Positions 1 to 8,441 of a stretch of 64,000 bases of DNA are shown in pieces. The translations under genes and the position numbers were made by a program. The first letter of the stretch is position 1, and every line of letters begins with the position of its first letter. The stretch lies in IMG/VR virus record IMGVR_UViG_3300045988_101454, positions 32,001 through 96,000 of that record. The stretch is one strand, 5' to 3'. Source of the DNA: a virus. Below the pieces are notes generated by a model. The model did no database searches and had not been told where the DNA came from. It saw only the letters and a program-made list of their open reading frames with translations.

Positions 1-864
1 AGGCGAGTCACACCAAGAGAAGGCATCGCTCCACATTACGCGGTTACGGCTGTCAAGACCTACGCACACCACAAGCTCGTTCTTGTTGCCTCCCTGCCAA
101 TAGGAGCGTTGTTGGTCGGCAATGGATAGCGGCTTGTTGCGATAGAATAGCAGATAGATGCGAAACTCCTTCTTCGGTCCGTACTGGGCATTGAACACAC
201 GGATGGCTCGTTCCTGACATGCAGAAAACTTTGCTCCGATGATAGGGCATTGGTCACGCAGACGTATGTCGGGATAGTCGTATAGCCCGATGCGGCGAGC
301 CTCCTTCTTGCTGATGTCCTCAAACTTGAACACCGAGCGCGAAGCCTTCACCTTGTTCTCGTATTCATGTTCACGAGTAACGGTATAGAGCGTAGTGGGT
401 TGACCGTTCCATCGGTATTCATACGCATCGCCATCACGAGTGTAATAGTGGCGGTGCATATCCACGAACACCGAAGCCACCGACAAGCGACGCTTCATAG
501 CCGAAAACTCCTCATTGGAACACTCTCGTTCACGTCCCGAATGGTCGTAATAGGTCCAATATTCGGGATGGTTCTCCGTGACATAGTAGGTTCGAGTGTG
601 CCGATGCCCTTTCGAGTCGGTATAGGAGCGAGTCTTCCTCACAAGCTCATTCCACGGCTCGTAATAGCGTATCTTCGTGACATAGCTGCCTAAGTATTCC
701 GTGTCGCTTGACTCTACGCGCTCAAACGCCCATATCATCGCTGCGCCCACAAGGAGCGAGGGGATGATAAGCACGGCGTGCTCCCACCATGTGGTCTGCT
801 TGCGGAAGAACAGTAGCAACACAGCCGACACAAAGAAGGGGATAAGGAAAACGAGTAGTTCCAT
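1..864 (-). CDS. Membrane protein, C-terminus beyond window edge (partial)
   Basis: Minus-strand frame is open from ATG 862-864 to position 1. It is absent from the ORF track because it has no stop. The N-terminus (MELLVFLIPFFVSAVLLLF ... AVLIIPSLLVGAAMIWAF) gives two hydrophobic helices. Confidence 0.6.
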   Translation of the reverse strand, partial: MELLVFLIPFFVSAVLLLFFRKQTTWWEHAVLIIPSLLVGAAMIWAFERVESSDTEYLGSYVTKIRYYEPWNELVRKTRSYTDSKGHRHTRTYYVTENHPEYWTYYDHSGRERECSNEEFSAMKRRLSVASVFVDMHRHYYTRDGDAYEYRWNGQPTTLYTVTREHEYENKVKASRSVFKFEDISKKEARRIGLYDYPDIRLRDQCPIIGAKFSACQERAIRVFNAQYGPKKEFRIYLLFYRNKPLSIADQQRSYWQGGNKNELVVCVGLDSRNRVMWSDAFSWCDSP

Positions 865-870
865 ACGCCT

Positions 871-1422
871 TTATTGTTTCTTGCCGAACAGATCCACGTC
901 GTTGTCTTCGCCTATATCCATCACCTCCTTGGAGCGCGACGACGAAATAACCTTATACTCGATAGGCATGGTGTTCGAGACAAACCATCGGGCAGGGTAG
1001 GTGCGAGTAAGCGTTTCGTGTTCGCGGATGATGTCAAGCATACGTTCCTGCGAGGTCTGAAACTCGGTGCGCTGTATCTCGATGGCTTGCATGAGGTCGC
1101 GGTAGAGCGACACATCAAAGTTGGGGTTGCTCTCCTTGATCCATTTCATCATCGTACCCTGGTCGTTCTGATAGCGTCCGGCAATAAGCTGCGGATAAAT
1201 CTTCTCGAAGGTCTGCTTATACTCGTCAGTAACCTGCGCCTTCTGCTGAATGATTTTCCACATCTTGTCGTGAACGCCCTCAATCTTTCCACGCTGCGCT
1301 TCGGCTTGCTGGCGAAGCGCAATCTCACGGTTGTTGTAACTGAAGTAGGTGGCTACCAATGAGCCGATAACGATGGCTACCACAAGCAGTATGGATGCCA
1401 TAACGATGTTTTTTGTTTTCAT
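871..1422 (-). CDS. Single-pass membrane protein, LemA-like (tentative)
   Basis: 183 aa with an N-terminal TM helix (IVMASILLVVAIVIGSLVATYF) followed by a helical domain. The LemA resemblance is by eye only. Confidence 0.5.
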   Translation of the reverse strand: MKTKNIVMASILLVVAIVIGSLVATYFSYNNREIALRQQAEAQRGKIEGVHDKMWKIIQQKAQVTDEYKQTFEKIYPQLIAGRYQNDQGTMMKWIKESNPNFDVSLYRDLMQAIEIQRTEFQTSQERMLDIIREHETLTRTYPARWFVSNTMPIEYKVISSSRSKEVMDIGEDNDVDLFGKKQ

Positions 1423-1454
1423 TGTTTTGTTGTTTTATAAATTTGTTATTTGTT

Positions 1455-2630
1455 TTACTTAGCCTTAAAATTATATATCGGCTTGATGCGCTTCACGATG
1501 TTCACAGTGTCGCCTATCAGTTCTTCAATCTCCTCTGCCGACTTGTACGCCATTGGTGCTTCGTCGATGGTGGACTCGCATACCGATGTGGAGTAGATGT
1601 CGTGCATCTGTTGGCGGTATTCTTCCATGCTGAGCTGCTTCTTTGCTGCCGAGCGCGACATCAGTCTGCCTGCACCGTGCGGAGCCGACTGAAGCCAGTC
1701 GTCGTTGCCCTTGCCAGTACACAGCAGCGAACCGTCGCGCATGTTCAGAGGGATAATCAGAGGCTCGCCCTTCTTTGCGCTCACAGCTCCCTTGCGGATA
1801 ATGCCGAAGGTGTCGATGTAGTTGTGCATGGTGGTGAACACACGACCTGTAGACTTTAGTTCAAGACCTTTGATTATGGTTTGCGCCATAAGAAAACGGT
1901 TCAAGTCGGCATAATGCTGACACAAGCGCATGGCATCATAGTAATCGCCAAGCGTGGGACCGCTAATGTAGGCCATGTCTTTAGAAACGGGTTTCAACCG
2001 GCGCAGCGCATCGTTTATCTCGCTCTGTCTGCCCTGAGCTTTCAGTTCGGAAATGATACGTCCACGTTCCTCACTGTTGTTGCATTGTCTTGATGCCAAC
2101 TGCTGAAAATGTCGGCATATCTTTACGCCTAAATTGCGGCTACCCGAATGTACTACAAGATACTTGCGTCCTTCGTCGTCCACGTCCACCTCAATAAAGT
2201 GGTTGCCACCGCCAAGGGTGCCGAGCGAACGCAGTACATAGTCGAGGTCAAAATATTGCTTCCACGGAGGCAAAAAACACCATATTTCATTGTGCATAAG
2301 GGAAACCATCTCTGACGACAAACGCTTCTCATGCACATTGAATCCGCTTGGAATGTTGTCGTTGATGATACGGTCGAGAATCTCCATATCAATGTTGGCA
2401 AAGCCTAAATCCCACACGAGCATACCACAGCCGATGTCTACGCCCATGGTGTTGGGCACCACTTTGCCGCGGGTCTCAATCACGGTGCCTACGGTGCATC
2501 CCTTTCCGGCATGGCAATCGGGCATAATGCGAATCTTACAGTTGCGGTAAGCCTCGCTCTCTGCCATCTGCCTTACTTGCTCCTGGGCTTCAGGTTCAAT
2601 GGTCTTTGCAAAAATCTTTAAGTCACTCAT
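1455..2630 (-). CDS. rtcB: RtcB-family RNA 3'-phosphate ligase
   Basis: 391 aa with motifs HAGKGCTVGTV, DIGCGM, GGGNHFIEV, VHSGSRNLG and PHGAGR. Confidence 0.9.
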   Translation of the reverse strand: MSDLKIFAKTIEPEAQEQVRQMAESEAYRNCKIRIMPDCHAGKGCTVGTVIETRGKVVPNTMGVDIGCGMLVWDLGFANIDMEILDRIINDNIPSGFNVHEKRLSSEMVSLMHNEIWCFLPPWKQYFDLDYVLRSLGTLGGGNHFIEVDVDDEGRKYLVVHSGSRNLGVKICRHFQQLASRQCNNSEERGRIISELKAQGRQSEINDALRRLKPVSKDMAYISGPTLGDYYDAMRLCQHYADLNRFLMAQTIIKGLELKSTGRVFTTMHNYIDTFGIIRKGAVSAKKGEPLIIPLNMRDGSLLCTGKGNDDWLQSAPHGAGRLMSRSAAKKQLSMEEYRQQMHDIYSTSVCESTIDEAPMAYKSAEEIEELIGDTVNIVKRIKPIYNFKAK

Positions 2631-2823
2631 TGTTCGTTGTTACTCTATAAATCCGTTAATAAAAAGAAATGTGCAGTGGTTGAGTTTTCCTTCTCCTCGC
2701 TCGTCTGCACCAAAGCCCGTTAATTACGTTTTACGGAGTGGTGACATGCGACACACTGAGTACGGTCCCTTGGCCTTCGGGATGAGTCTCTTTTATTGAA
2801 ACGCCTTTCTGCGGTTGCGTACC

Positions 2824-3195
2824 TTACAGCCGTTTGAGCAGCGTGCTGCATTTATGGCCTGATGCCTTTTCTTCGTAACCCAACCTTTCGTACCAATGCA
2901 ACACCCATGGAGGAGAATCGCGTCCGTCCCACGAGATTGCGACGGTCTCTACGCCGCAATACTTCAGCTCTTTTTCTACTGCCTCCATCAGTTTTTTTGC
3001 CACCTCACGGCCGCGGTGAGCTTCGTCAACCCACAGCGAGTAGATGAGAGCATCCGCTGCGCCATCCAAAGGTTTGTCTTCGGAATGATTAGGAATGAAC
3101 GCTTGTATGCTGCCATGATGCTGCTCGTCGGTGACGAGTATGCGAATAGAGTCTTCCCAATGTTGATGTTGTATCATAGTTGAAATGTTACGCAA
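2824..3195 (-). CDS. GNAT-family N-acetyltransferase
   Basis: 123 aa. LWVDEAHRGREVAKKLMEAVEKEL resembles the acetyl-CoA binding motif A. Confidence 0.7.
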   Translation of the reverse strand: MRNISTMIQHQHWEDSIRILVTDEQHHGSIQAFIPNHSEDKPLDGAADALIYSLWVDEAHRGREVAKKLMEAVEKELKYCGVETVAISWDGRDSPPWVLHWYERLGYEEKASGHKCSTLLKRL

Positions 3196-3249
3196 TTTTG
3201 TTTAGTCAGTCGACTGTCTGTATGCTTGTGCAAAGGTAGATTATCCCTT

Positions 3250-3618
3250 TTACTCGATACGGACATTCTCCTCGAAGTCGTATCTCACGTCTCGGCTTTG
3301 CGAAAAAGCCACAGGCGTTTGGGAGAAGATGTCTGCCTCACAGTCGGCAACGGCTCGCACGAACGCCTCGTACATCTTCTGTTCGTCATATTCTTCCAGA
3401 AAGCCCTGGCTTGTCTGCTGCCATAGCAGATCAGGGCGTTTGCCGTCCTTCTTGTTTCCTTTAACAATCAGCATGACACTTACGGAGTTTTCACCCTCGC
3501 GCACATCCGCACGAAGTATGCCGTAGCCAAGCGGTTTGCCAAAAGTGTAGCAACCACGATGATTCCCAAGAAAGCGGTAGCCGTAGTTTCGCAATGCCTT
3601 TATCACAAATTTTCTCAT
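3250..3618 (-). CDS. Hypothetical protein
   Basis: ORF-track frame. I prefer the ATG at 3616-3618 (MRKFVIKALRNYGY...). Confidence 0.5.
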   Translation of the reverse strand: MRKFVIKALRNYGYRFLGNHRGCYTFGKPLGYGILRADVREGENSVSVMLIVKGNKKDGKRPDLLWQQTSQGFLEEYDEQKMYEAFVRAVADCEADIFSQTPVAFSQSRDVRYDFEENVRIE

Positions 3619-3650
3619 ATTCAATTTTTTTTATAGTTCTACTAATACTT

Positions 3651-3794
3651 TTATCTCTGTATGCCCCCCTCCTGCGTATGCAGCGTGGGCGATATTCCTT
3701 TAGCGGAATACACGCGGCGGTTCTGCTCAAATATACGGTCGTAGGGTGGTGTCTGCATCATGCCGACTACGAGGGTGTGTGCGGTGTCAGTCAT
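3651..3794 (-). pseudogene. TRD-like mini-ORF 10 (C5-MTase target-recognition-like), frame set by a C6 tract
   Basis: MTDTAHTLVVGMMQTPPYDRIFEQNRRVYSAKGISPTLHTQEGG, then IQR and a stop. One extra G in tract 3664-3669 would give ...GGHTEIKVLVEL ending at 3631. ATGACTGA overlaps the upstream stop. Confidence 0.45.
3664..3669. repeat. C6/G6 homopolymer inside mini-ORF 10
   Basis: Sequence is atgcccccctcc. The tract length determines which C-terminal tail is read. Confidence 0.8.
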
Positions 3795-4485
3795 CGACAT
3801 CGATAAATCGGACCTTTGCTTCTGCAAACTTTTTCTCGCAAATAACACCAAGACCTTCAATGATGCCCAGGCATGATTTACATTCCAGACAGAATGTGGA
3901 GCATACATGAGGACCATCTTGATAGTACGGGCAGTTCGCCCCCTTTGCCATATAGAGTTTCTTGTCCTTCACAAAGGAATGAATTGCCTTTGCAAAACGC
4001 TCCAATTCCTTGTTCATCATTTCCACCGTGTCGCAATGATAGCGCAACTGGTTCATGTCGAAAGAAGTCTGCTTTGGCGTTTTTTCGTCATGCTGCTTCT
4101 CCGTTTCGTTCAACTGGCGTACCACGTCGTTGTAGTCGTCCATGAGCTGATGCACGCGCTGCTCAAGCTCCACGTTCTCTGCCTTCAAATCGGCGATGAT
4201 GTAGGCAAGCACCTCCATTCGGTTGTTCTTAGGTAGGTCTATATACTCGCATACAGCCAGATGTCTTTCCATATACTTGCGTTGCTCGTCAGTAGCGGGG
4301 TCGTAGGCATCGGCTGTTCGTGTGCCTACGCGATAGGGTGGAGGTGGGGTCTGAAAAATTCTTCGCATATCGGTAATTGCCGAATACTTCACCACTCCAT
4401 CTTCGTCTACTCGCGCTACCTTTACCAACATCTTTCGCTCTTTGTCGTAAAGGATGTCGCCAGGGGTGATTTCTTCTGTTTTCAT
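3787..4485 (-). CDS. Hypothetical coiled-coil protein with Cys-rich C-terminus
   Basis: 232 aa with C-terminal CPYYQDGPHVCSTFCLECKSC. Leader is AAACAATAGAGACAATG. Confidence 0.6.
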   Translation of the reverse strand: MKTEEITPGDILYDKERKMLVKVARVDEDGVVKYSAITDMRRIFQTPPPPYRVGTRTADAYDPATDEQRKYMERHLAVCEYIDLPKNNRMEVLAYIIADLKAENVELEQRVHQLMDDYNDVVRQLNETEKQHDEKTPKQTSFDMNQLRYHCDTVEMMNKELERFAKAIHSFVKDKKLYMAKGANCPYYQDGPHVCSTFCLECKSCLGIIEGLGVICEKKFAEAKVRFIDVDD

Positions 4486-4509
4486 TGTCTCTATTGTTTT
4501 TATTACATA

Positions 4510-5073
4510 TTATACAACAGCGAAATTATTGTCTTGCTGCTTCCGTTTTTGTCCTTCCTTGCAAACTATCTTGCCTCTGTCCTTCAGTCGGAGGCAGAAA
4601 TATTCACAATTCCAACACGCACAGCTATCCACTCTTACTGTTTCGAAATTTTCTTTGCAGAATGGGTCTCCAGTCTCCACCATATCGTGAGGACATTCTG
4701 TGTTTTTTACGAGAGCGAACCCTTTTTCCTCAAGCAGGTCGATAAGGGTGCTGCGCTCTCTCTTTAAGTTCACGTTCTCGCTTCGCAAGTTGGCAAGCGC
4801 GTTTCTGAGGTTGTCAGTCTCACGTCCTTGCGCTATGTTAGCGTTGCAGACGTTGGTGTAACCCTTATACAATTCCTTGAGATTGGCCTCCGTATTTTCC
4901 AGTTCCGCCACCACATCCTCATGCTTGTTTTCCAGATTGCGGAGATTCTTTACTACTCTTTTATAGCCTCTGGAAAAACGACGTATTTTTAGTTTCATAG
5001 CCTCGTTTTCGGCTACCAACTCTCCATAACGCCTCGCATCTGCAACACGCTTTTTCCATTCCTGATGTTTCAT
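4510..5073 (-). CDS. Hypothetical coiled-coil protein with Cys-rich C-terminus
   Basis: 187 aa with CPHD...CKEN...CACWNCEYFC. It has the same 17-nt leader (AAACAATAGAGACAATG) as 3787-4485. Confidence 0.6.
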   Translation of the reverse strand: MKHQEWKKRVADARRYGELVAENEAMKLKIRRFSRGYKRVVKNLRNLENKHEDVVAELENTEANLKELYKGYTNVCNANIAQGRETDNLRNALANLRSENVNLKRERSTLIDLLEEKGFALVKNTECPHDMVETGDPFCKENFETVRVDSCACWNCEYFCLRLKDRGKIVCKEGQKRKQQDNNFAVV

Positions 5074-5096
5074 TGTCTCTATTGTTTATGTTTTTT

Positions 5097-5264
5097 TTAA
5101 TTATACAACATACTCATTAATGCCGCAGCCCTTCTCTTGTCGGTAAATCCTTTGATGTTTACCCACTTGCCGAAGATGCAGTCTCCGACTCTTTTCTGAA
5201 CCATCCAGACGGTCACGGGTATGCAACCGTTGTAGGCATCCATCGGAACAATTCTTAGTTTCAT
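5097..5264 (-). CDS. Small hypothetical protein (55 aa)
   Basis: MKLRIVPMDAYNGCIPVTVWMVQKRVGDCIFGKW... It is below the ORF-track size cutoff and fills the gap between flanking genes. Confidence 0.35.
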   Translation of the reverse strand: MKLRIVPMDAYNGCIPVTVWMVQKRVGDCIFGKWVNIKGFTDKRRAAALMSMLYN

Positions 5265-5267
5265 ATC

Positions 5268-5447
5268 TTATTCAAATTTATATACTATATGCGGTGTGGT
5301 GTTGCCCAGTCCGTCGCGAGGGTCGGCAAAGCAGCCAGGCGGTGAGGTTGTCACGGCATTGGCTATCTGCTTGCGCGGTCGGCTCTTTACGAGGCCCTTA
5401 CCGTCCTTGCCGCTGCGTACCCATCCGATGTAATACTTATCAGTCAT
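5268..5447 (-). CDS. TRD-like mini-ORF 11 (59 aa)
   Basis: MTDKYYIGWVRSGKDGKGLVKSRPRKQIANAVTTSPPGCFADPRDGLGNTTPHIVYKFE. ATGA overlaps the stop of 5444-6250. Confidence 0.4.
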   Translation of the reverse strand: MTDKYYIGWVRSGKDGKGLVKSRPRKQIANAVTTSPPGCFADPRDGLGNTTPHIVYKFE

Positions 5448-6250
5448 CGGTCTGCGTTTTGCCCTGTCCCCAATCGTTCAATAGACTGGCATAATATCCC
5501 TTGTATTCTACCTGCCTCTTGCTCTGCCCTCTTTAGAGCTTCGTCACGCTCATGCTCCAGCTTTATGCAATATTCAGTCAAGCGATTGTATTCTTTCTGC
5601 AAGGCATTGAAATCCTCGCGCAGCTGCTCCAAATTGGGGTTTTCAGAATCCAATAACACAAGACGTTGCTTTTCCTTGTCCCATCTTTTCCCGATTTTCT
5701 CCACGGAATTGTTGAGAAGTTTTTCTTCCGTAGGCGTAGCGTATCTCAGTTCGATGCTTTTTTCTTCTTCGCGTGTACCGCGAAGGTCAAGCTGAGCGTT
5801 AAAAGTAAGCACGTCGCTGTTTTTGCATAAGCAGGCGTATGTCCTTATCTTGGGATAATCAGTAGATTCCACTCCGCTGAAAATCACAATGTAGGTCAGA
5901 ATGTTGCCATCTTCATACTTAATATCCATTGCCACGATGTCACCCGGCTGGAATTTGAGCACATTCCAACTTCGGTAAAGATGCGAGAGAAACAGCATAC
6001 ACTCTCCTTTGTCAAAACGCGCTATACGCCCGTTGTAAAGAAAAAAATGGTCGTATGCTTCATTCTCGTCAGGATGATGGAGGCCCAGCACAACACCCGA
6101 GGCGTTGAAATTATGCACCTCCATATAACCTAACAGAGGCGAATAAAGCATAGCGTCTACAGGCAAACTGTGGAGAAAAGCTGATAGTTTCTCATTCTCG
6201 AAAGTTTTTGCTCCCGTTTTAGGGATGCTTCTTGTTTCTTTTTGACTCAT
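5444..6250 (-). CDS. Hypothetical protein, paralog of 44270-44794
   Basis: 268 aa. Shared blocks are FLHSLPVDAMLYSPLLGY, GECMLF...RSWNVLKFQPGDIVAMD and RYATPTEEK. Confidence 0.65.
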   Translation of the reverse strand: MSQKETRSIPKTGAKTFENEKLSAFLHSLPVDAMLYSPLLGYMEVHNFNASGVVLGLHHPDENEAYDHFFLYNGRIARFDKGECMLFLSHLYRSWNVLKFQPGDIVAMDIKYEDGNILTYIVIFSGVESTDYPKIRTYACLCKNSDVLTFNAQLDLRGTREEEKSIELRYATPTEEKLLNNSVEKIGKRWDKEKQRLVLLDSENPNLEQLREDFNALQKEYNRLTEYCIKLEHERDEALKRAEQEAGRIQGILCQSIERLGTGQNADR

Positions 6251-6270
6251 AATGTCTCTATTTTAAATTG

Positions 6271-6422
6271 TTATTCATATTCTATCAATACAATGGTGTG
6301 CTGTCCGTGTTCATCGTAGAGCCCTGCCCATCCGTCGTAGCGGGCGGACAATGCCGTGGAATACCCCCCCGACGTGGGCAGAGCTGGGATGTGCGTTGTA
6401 CGAAAGGGATTTGTTTAATCAT
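6271..6422 (-). pseudogene. TRD-like mini-ORF 9, out of frame at a C7 tract
   Basis: MIKQIPFVQRTSQLCPRRGG, then out of frame. G8 instead of G7 would restore ...GGYSTALSARYDGWAGLYDEHGQHTIVLIEYE. ATGATTAA overlaps mini-ORF 8. Confidence 0.45.
6364..6370. repeat. C7/G7 homopolymer in mini-ORF 9
   Basis: Sequence is ataccccccc gacg. It is one nt short of the frame that gives the conserved tail. Confidence 0.85.
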
Positions 6423-6590
6423 ACGTTATCAATACCATATTGTCTTTGCCTACTGATGTGAGGGTGTTGGTTGTCCCCCCCCCCCGTTTATCTCCATTCG
6501 CTGAAAGAAGCGTCCGTTGGAGGGATGCTTGCGGTTGGACGGATTATCGGGGGCACGGCCTCGGAAGGCTGCTATGCGAAAGTCAATCAT
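6415..6590 (-). pseudogene. TRD-like mini-ORF 8, out of frame at a C11 tract
   Basis: MIDFRIAAFRGRAPDNPSNRKHPSNGRFFQRMEINGGG. With G9 or G12 it continues TTNTLTSVGKDNMVLITYD. As sequenced (G11) it stops at 6450. Confidence 0.45.
6475..6485. repeat. C11/G11 homopolymer in mini-ORF 8
   Basis: Sequence is ttgt + 11 C + gttt. This is the longest G/C tract in the window. Confidence 0.9.
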
Positions 6591-6876
6591 CCCCATTCCA
6601 TTTTTCATCATCCACAGTTCGTGCTATGAATATGCGATATGGGTTCTTCTTGTCTGTACTGGTTAGCTCTATTGCTTTTTCGATACTCTCCCTCGATACA
6701 AAGTCGCGTATCATCAACACTGCAAGGGCATCGAACTCGTCGTCCGACAAACAAACAGTATCTTCTCCTCGGCGGATAGTAACAAAGTCGCAAATAGTGT
6801 TGTGCCCGAAAGCCACATCAACATCTTCATTACGTTCGAGGTCTCTGACTATTATTTTTTCTGCGTAAAGACTCAT
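6583..6876 (-). CDS. Hypothetical protein
   Basis: 97 aa ORF that interrupts the mini-ORF run. Confidence 0.55.
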   Translation of the reverse strand: MSLYAEKIIVRDLERNEDVDVAFGHNTICDFVTIRRGEDTVCLSDDEFDALAVLMIRDFVSRESIEKAIELTSTDKKNPYRIFIARTVDDEKWNGDD

Positions 6877-6903
6877 ATTTCTTTTTGTTTATTATTTGTA
6901 CTA

Positions 6904-7080
6904 TTAATCGTAACATATTGCAATCAGATTGTCAGTGGTGAGGGAAGTACCTATACATTGCATCCAACATCCTTGTCGCAGATGCCATTCCTTATCACGG
7001 AAGTCGTTAGTGCCGATTAAGCGACGCACGGCTTTCGCGTGTTCGGTTCTGGCTTCGTGTATCAGATGAATGTTAAGCAT
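6904..7080 (-). CDS. TRD-like mini-ORF 7 (58 aa)
   Basis: MLNIHLIHEARTEHAKAVRRLIGTNDFRDKEWHLRQGCWMQCIGTSLTTDNLIAICYD. It is a paralog of mini-ORF 6. Confidence 0.5.
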   Translation of the reverse strand: MLNIHLIHEARTEHAKAVRRLIGTNDFRDKEWHLRQGCWMQCIGTSLTTDNLIAICYD

Positions 7081-7244
7081 AATAGGTTGTCTTTTGTTAC
7101 AGTTGTTATCGAATTGCTCCACGGCCACGGACTGGGGCGGTGATACTTTTCGCCGTATTTACACCCTCCGCGGTCGCCATGCTCACGACGGAAGGCTTTG
7201 GCTTCCTCGGTGCGGTAGTGGACGAGGACGGAACGGTCAATCAT
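7062..7244 (-). CDS. TRD-like mini-ORF 6 (60 aa)
   Basis: MIDRSVLVHYRTEEAKAFRREHGDRGGCKYGEKYHRPSPWPWSNSITTVTKDNLLCLTFI. ATGATTGA overlaps mini-ORF 5. Confidence 0.5.
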   Translation of the reverse strand: MIDRSVLVHYRTEEAKAFRREHGDRGGCKYGEKYHRPSPWPWSNSITTVTKDNLLCLTFI

Positions 7245-7386
7245 ACTCTATCAATATTTTCGGTTTATCCACGTCGTGACCCTTACCTCCCCCGGCTATG
7301 CACAAGGCTATGCCGTGTGGTGACACGATGATGCCGTTCTGCGAGGGGCTGTAGGAGCCAAGGATGATGGGGCGAGGGTTGTTCAT
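7237..7386 (-). CDS. TRD-like mini-ORF 5 (49 aa)
   Basis: MNNPRPIILGSYSPSQNGIIVSPHGIALCIAGGGKGHDVDKPKILIEYD. ATGA overlaps mini-ORF 4. Confidence 0.5.
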   Translation of the reverse strand: MNNPRPIILGSYSPSQNGIIVSPHGIALCIAGGGKGHDVDKPKILIEYD

Positions 7387-7550
7387 AATTCTACTGCTAC
7401 ATAATAGTGGTTACGACTGCTCACTCCAGCTTGAATGGTGTAGATGATACCCCTCCCGAATTGCTTGTTCTAGGTGTCTATCCATACGGCATGAGAGGGG
7501 CGGAAACCACGTTTGTACATTATTTCTAAGCGAGCGTTCTTGTTAAGCAT
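7383..7550 (-). CDS. TRD-like mini-ORF 4 with in-frame TAG at 7470-7472
   Basis: MLNKNARLEIMYKRGFRPSHAVWIDT-TAG-NKQFGRGIIYTIQAGVSSRNHYYVAVEL. The coupled start and stop are kept only if the TAG is read through. Confidence 0.4.
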
Positions 7551-7679
7551 ATTCAATCAGTACCCCTCCAGTTTTGTTGACAAGGTTAGGGTGGGGTATA
7601 TTCCTTTAGTACCGCAGATGTTGCCATCAAAACCGGACTTCCACTTGTCGTAATAAATGTTGCCAATCTTTTCAATCAT
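7543..7679 (-). pseudogene. TRD-like mini-ORF 3, frameshifted at a G4 run
   Basis: MIEKIGNIYYDKWKSGFDGNICGTKGIYPTLTLSTKLEG, then a stop at 7557. One extra G at 7563-7566 would give ...LEGVLIEYA and the usual ATGCTTAA overlap. Confidence 0.45.
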
Positions 7680-7827
7680 ATTCTACTATTACTGCCGTTG
7701 CTGCCCTGCCTCCCGTTGGCTTAATGAAATTCACCAAAGAATTGCGTTGGTACTGCGACTTAACGCATCGACATAACGCGGGAGAGGTAGAGACACTATC
7801 AGGGTTTAATGCTTTTATAAAAACCAT
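7672..7827 (-). CDS. TRD-like mini-ORF 2 (51 aa)
   Basis: MVFIKALNPDSVSTSPALCRCVKSQYQRNSLVNFIKPTGGRAATAVIVEYD. TAATG overlaps mini-ORF 1. Confidence 0.45.
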   Translation of the reverse strand: MVFIKALNPDSVSTSPALCRCVKSQYQRNSLVNFIKPTGGRAATAVIVEYD

Positions 7828-7952
7828 TATTCAAACTCATACAATACTACTGCCATTGGGTAATGGGCGAGCGTGAGGATGTTGGTAGGTCCGATAGCCT
7901 CGTAGCGTGTGGTTATGGTTGCCGCACAACATCCGTCAGTAACATTCACCAT
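7827..7952 (-). CDS. TRD-like mini-ORF 1 (41 aa)
   Basis: MVNVTDGCCAATITTRYEAIGPTNILTLAHYPMAVVLYEFE. It is in the same frame as the 8001-8441 ORF, separated from it by TAA. Confidence 0.45.
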   Translation of the reverse strand: MVNVTDGCCAATITTRYEAIGPTNILTLAHYPMAVVLYEFE

Positions 7953-8000
7953 CAGTCCGCTACCCCATTCAGACGGAATGGAGGTGCGACGTGGGTCAGC

Positions 8001-8441
8001 TTACACTCCATCCTTCTTCCTCTCCATATTTTCTTTGAACAATTCCTCAAATCCCTCGAATGGGAACGTGTGGTAATTGCAGAACGATTTCCAATAGCTA
8101 TCAAACACGAGTCGCATACCCTCTATACTATCCGCCAATTCGTCAAGCTCCATATCCCATCCGTTGATGGTGTTTATGAGGTTTTGTAGCCACGTCTTGA
8201 GGAACATTGCCGCCTCGTGTGTCGGTGGCAGGTCGAACTGAAGGAATAGGGCGTTGTCAGAGTCGTTGGTCGTGAGGAACTTGCTCACGGCATCGTCCTT
8301 GAGGAAATAGCGGCCGGACACTTCCTCTTCGAGCACGTCTTCCAGTCGGGTAAGTAGCTCGAAGGGTTCGGGAAACTGGTAGTCGAAGGCCACGTCACGG
8401 CGCATGGAGAGGCAGAACACCCTGTCGCGGTTTTGTGGCAC
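8001..8441 (-). CDS. C5 cytosine DNA methyltransferase fragment (motif VIII only) fused to an unrelated C-terminal region
   Basis: Starts (GTG)PQNRDRVFCLSMRRDVAFDYQFPEP...LEDVLEEEVSGRYFL. Homology continues upstream as NYGV across an in-frame TAG at 8451-8453. Motifs I, IV, VI, IX and X were not found anywhere in the window. Confidence 0.6.
   Translation of the reverse strand: MPQNRDRVFCLSMRRDVAFDYQFPEPFELLTRLEDVLEEEVSGRYFLKDDAVSKFLTTNDSDNALFLQFDLPPTHEAAMFLKTWLQNLINTINGWDMELDELADSIEGMRLVFDSYWKSFCNYHTFPFEGFEELFKENMERKKDGV

Noticed and set aside
2631-2823. A tRNA or Y-RNA-like gene next to rtcB.
   Set aside because: I could not build a cloverleaf or find a T-loop consensus (GTTCRA) on either strand. 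Only short 4-6 bp stems are present. I kept it as a low-level note, not a feature.
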